Shown here: positions 63,987-64,000 of the stretch, piece by piece | How the letters are laid out: each line of letters opens with the position of its first letter | Numbering within the stretch: position 1 is the stretch's first letter | Source: Verrucomicrobiota bacterium | Lineage (GTDB): Bacteria; Verrucomicrobiota; Verrucomicrobiia; Limisphaerales; JADLHS01 | Length of the DNA stretch: 64,000 nt | Reading direction: 5' to 3' | Assembly: GCA_029573725.1 (NCBI GenBank) | Contig: JAKQDQ010000178.1 | Coordinates: 467,929 to 531,928 of the forward strand | The notes under the pieces: model-generated | The model's database searches: none | The model's input: only the letters and a program-made list of their open reading frames with translations | Told to the model about the DNA's origin: nothing | Program-made: the position numbers and the translations under genes

Positions 63987-64000
63987 ATCCAAGTATTTGG

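Overview
High-GC DNA (about 60-65% G+C on lines I counted by hand). It looks like a chromosomal segment of a PVC-superphylum bacterium, most likely Verrucomicrobiota. That assignment is an inference from gene content: an H-X9-DG prepilin-like protein, a PEP-CTERM protein, a giant lamin-tail/CotH protein, and a TAT-signal Gfo/Idh/MocA plus PmoA-family pair. I support about 45 protein-coding genes and found no rRNA, tRNA or CRISPR array. Layout: 0.5-16.8 kb is a plus-strand cluster of cell-surface and glycan-binding giants (pseudopilin-like protein, lipoprotein, a 1372-aa orphan membrane protein, a 4x Ig+CBM6-like protein, a 2160-aa LTD/PA14/CotH protein). 16.9-18.3 kb holds a SMUG1-type UDG and an O-methyltransferase. 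18.9-20.2 kb is a lower-GC pair (secreted protein plus PEP-CTERM protein) bounded by a promoter and a terminator. 21.2-27.6 kb holds a TPR/GT-C-like protein and an amidase_3-FN3-Ig giant. The main novelty candidate is at 27.7-32.6 kb: a tightly coupled four-gene minus-strand operon with two WXG100-like helical-hairpin proteins, a 182-aa helical protein, and a 1322-aa membrane-anchored FtsK/SpoIIIE ATPase with three P-loop domains, of which only the middle one is canonical. This is a type VII secretion-like core in a presumably diderm lineage, with no other known T7SS parts visible. 33.4-45.3 kb is ordinary metabolism and stress genes. 45.4-48.7 kb is a repeat hot spot: a type IIA topoisomerase B gene carrying two in-frame palindromic element insertions, a relic of a paralogous 3' end, and a RAYT transposase flanked by REPIN-like doublets. 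48.7-61.5 kb holds carbohydrate enzymes, a sigma54 two-component system and CorA. 61.8-64.0 kb holds PFOR gene remnants split by a MITE-like inverted repeat, then a low-GC islet with a DUF1573 gene broken by one in-frame TAA and a Cys-rich small protein. Many very long antisense ORFs are high-GC shadows and were rejected.
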